Below, in pieces: positions 33,272 through 34,802 of a DNA stretch of 34,802 nucleotides. The notes beneath the pieces are model-generated. The model saw only the letters and a program-made list of their open reading frames with translations. It was not told the DNA's origin and did not search any database. A program made the translations under genes and the position numbers. The stretch covers positions 1 to 34,802 of the forward strand of contig JBHGNT010000326.1 of assembly GCA_043228905.1 (NCBI GenBank), in the 5' to 3' direction. Every line of letters starts with the position of its first letter. The first letter of the stretch is position 1. This stretch comes from Azolla caroliniana. Taxonomy: Eukaryota; Plantae; Polypodiophyta.

Positions 33272-34802
33272 CTAGTCTGGGCACTCCCACAAAGCCTTAA
33301 TCCGCATATTAATAAATATAACTTGGTCCTCGTCCTTCTCCAATGCAACTGTATTTCTAAACAGCTTCAATGCACATGCTGACGTAGTTCCTATGATGTA
33401 AGTAACAAGAAGATTTAGTTGTCAAACGAAAAAAAAGTGATTGGTTATCTCAAGATCGTTACCCTAGTTCGAGGAATACCTGTGCCAGAAAAGAGATCTA
33501 ATATCCAGTCTCCTTCGACAGAAAACATCTCGATCAAGCGCATCATAAGTCGTTGAGGTTTTTGGTATGGGTTGACAAGTCCCCGTTCTGTCGTGGTGAC
33601 ATGTCGCAATTTCCGAGTCACTGCTGGATATACCAACAGATTTGAACCTCCCACTTCATTAGAATGCTCTTTGATTCTCTGTTTTTTAATTTCATCGAAG
33701 TAGCCAACCGTTATGTATTCAATGGCATTAACGAACCGAAAAGTTGGCCCTCTATTTACATTGGTCTTGATCCTATAAAAAATAATTCATCGAGTTAAGA
33801 ATAGATTCAACAACCTTAAGAATTGCAATATAATGAAAGACACCTATAAATAATCCTTACCATGCAAGGTTCTCGATGCCATGGCAACGAGATCTCAAAG
33901 CTTGAGCTACCGAGTACCCTTGGTCCATACTATGAAAGACAACTATTCGCCACAAGGATGCGGTCGTTAGCTCAGCGAAATCCTTGACCATCTTCTCCAA
34001 TTGTTTAAACCTAAACGGTTCATCGTCGTATGATGACCCAGCCATTCGAAATCCGTAAGGAATATCCGCAATCATTAGCGTATATTCCTTCTTTGGCACC
34101 TTCTGGATCAAGTCGATGACATCACCGCAAACCACATTGTAGTAAAGATCTCTCGTAATATCTTTTTTGTGGCTAAATTTTTTAAACGAGCCATCTTCCT
34201 CCATTTCGTACGCCTTGACTAAGCGACGATCCTTTTCTTTTCTGGCTCGCTCGAGATGTGCAAGGAAGGATGTAGGGAAATCGTGTATATCCTTAACTTC
34301 TCCTTGTTTCTTGCCTCGACACGGTTTCTAATAGAAGCAATAGGACATCAGGTATTATTATACAAGCTCTACATATGATGAAAGGGTAATGAAAAAACAT
34401 GAATACTAACCCAATCCTTGAATGCAATAAAATACTCTGATAACGCCTTATACGAAGACGTTAGAGGATAATCCTCGGTCACTTGTTCCCAAGTTATACA
34501 TCCAAGTTGTTTCATCATAACTTCTTGGATCTTCATGTACACCTTATGACTGTAAAATTAGAAATCAAGATTAGAACTTTGAATTACACCAGATAGACTA
34601 CAATTTCAGTATTTGAAAGACTTACTTATTGAACTCAGTGACCATTTCTTCAAGGCTTAAATCTTTCGCCACAACCCTTGACAAAACCGACACAAGAAGT
34701 TGCTCGTCCTTAATACCTTGCATCGCTCTCCATAGAGACAGCTTCATGTCGTCTGCCGCTTCTTCAATTGTCAAGTCAATTTTCTTGGCGGCTTGTGACT
34801 TT
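33272..34802 (-). CDS. Beta-class N6-adenine/N4-cytosine DNA methyltransferase (N6_N4_Mtase-like), 5'-partial; exons >34802-34626, 34549-34411, 34327-33861, 33772-33480, 33390-33272 (frame continues past TAG to TAA at 33038)
   Basis: Four GT-AG introns (76, 83, 88, 89 nt) join into 397 open codons. Motifs in beta order: VVCGDVIDLI, LMIADIPYG (IV), LAWIKTN, NAIEYITVG, NPYQKPQRLMMRLIEMFS (X), GDWILDLFSGTGTTSACALKLFR (I), VALEKDEDQV (II). Confidence 0.87.

Larger units (their letters stand above)
31992..34802. mobile_element. Putative DNA transposon (one end only) carrying the methyltransferase gene
   Basis: Abrupt loss of gypsy homology at TTAA|CACGTTCGCG, subterminal hairpin and tandem duplication; no transposase in the window. 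Inference. Confidence 0.45.

Noticed and set aside
33038-34802. Bacterial contamination or a canonical plant 5mC methyltransferase
   Set aside because: Four spliceosomal introns argue against contamination; there are no PCQ or ENV motifs, and the motif order is that of beta amino-MTases.

Overview
Land-plant nuclear DNA, probably a non-seed plant such as a fern (a low-confidence guess from the TE families). 1-4.1 kb holds an intact 12-exon PQ-loop (YPQ/SLC66-type) transporter gene on + whose last intron is a U12-type minor intron. 5.5-23.8 kb is a four-level, same-orientation nest of degenerate Ty1/copia elements on -: Tto1/Tork-like C contains B, which contains D, which contains E, with LTRs, tRNA-Met PBSs, PPTs and TSDs resolvable. 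23.8-27.2 kb is a second, internally deleted Tork-like copia (F) whose 3' LTR is split by a 5'-truncated RTEX-like LINE. 27.2-32.0 kb is a Ty3/gypsy element (G, +) with a 1.65 kb hairpin-rich leader, cut off inside RNase H at TTAA|CACGTTCGCG next to a 10-bp hairpin. Beyond that junction lies the best novelty candidate: a spliced gene on - (4 GT-AG introns, 5' end outside the window) encoding a prokaryote-type beta-class N6-adenine/N4-cytosine DNA methyltransferase, apparently cargo of an unidentified DNA transposon. All calls are by-eye readings; no searches were run.
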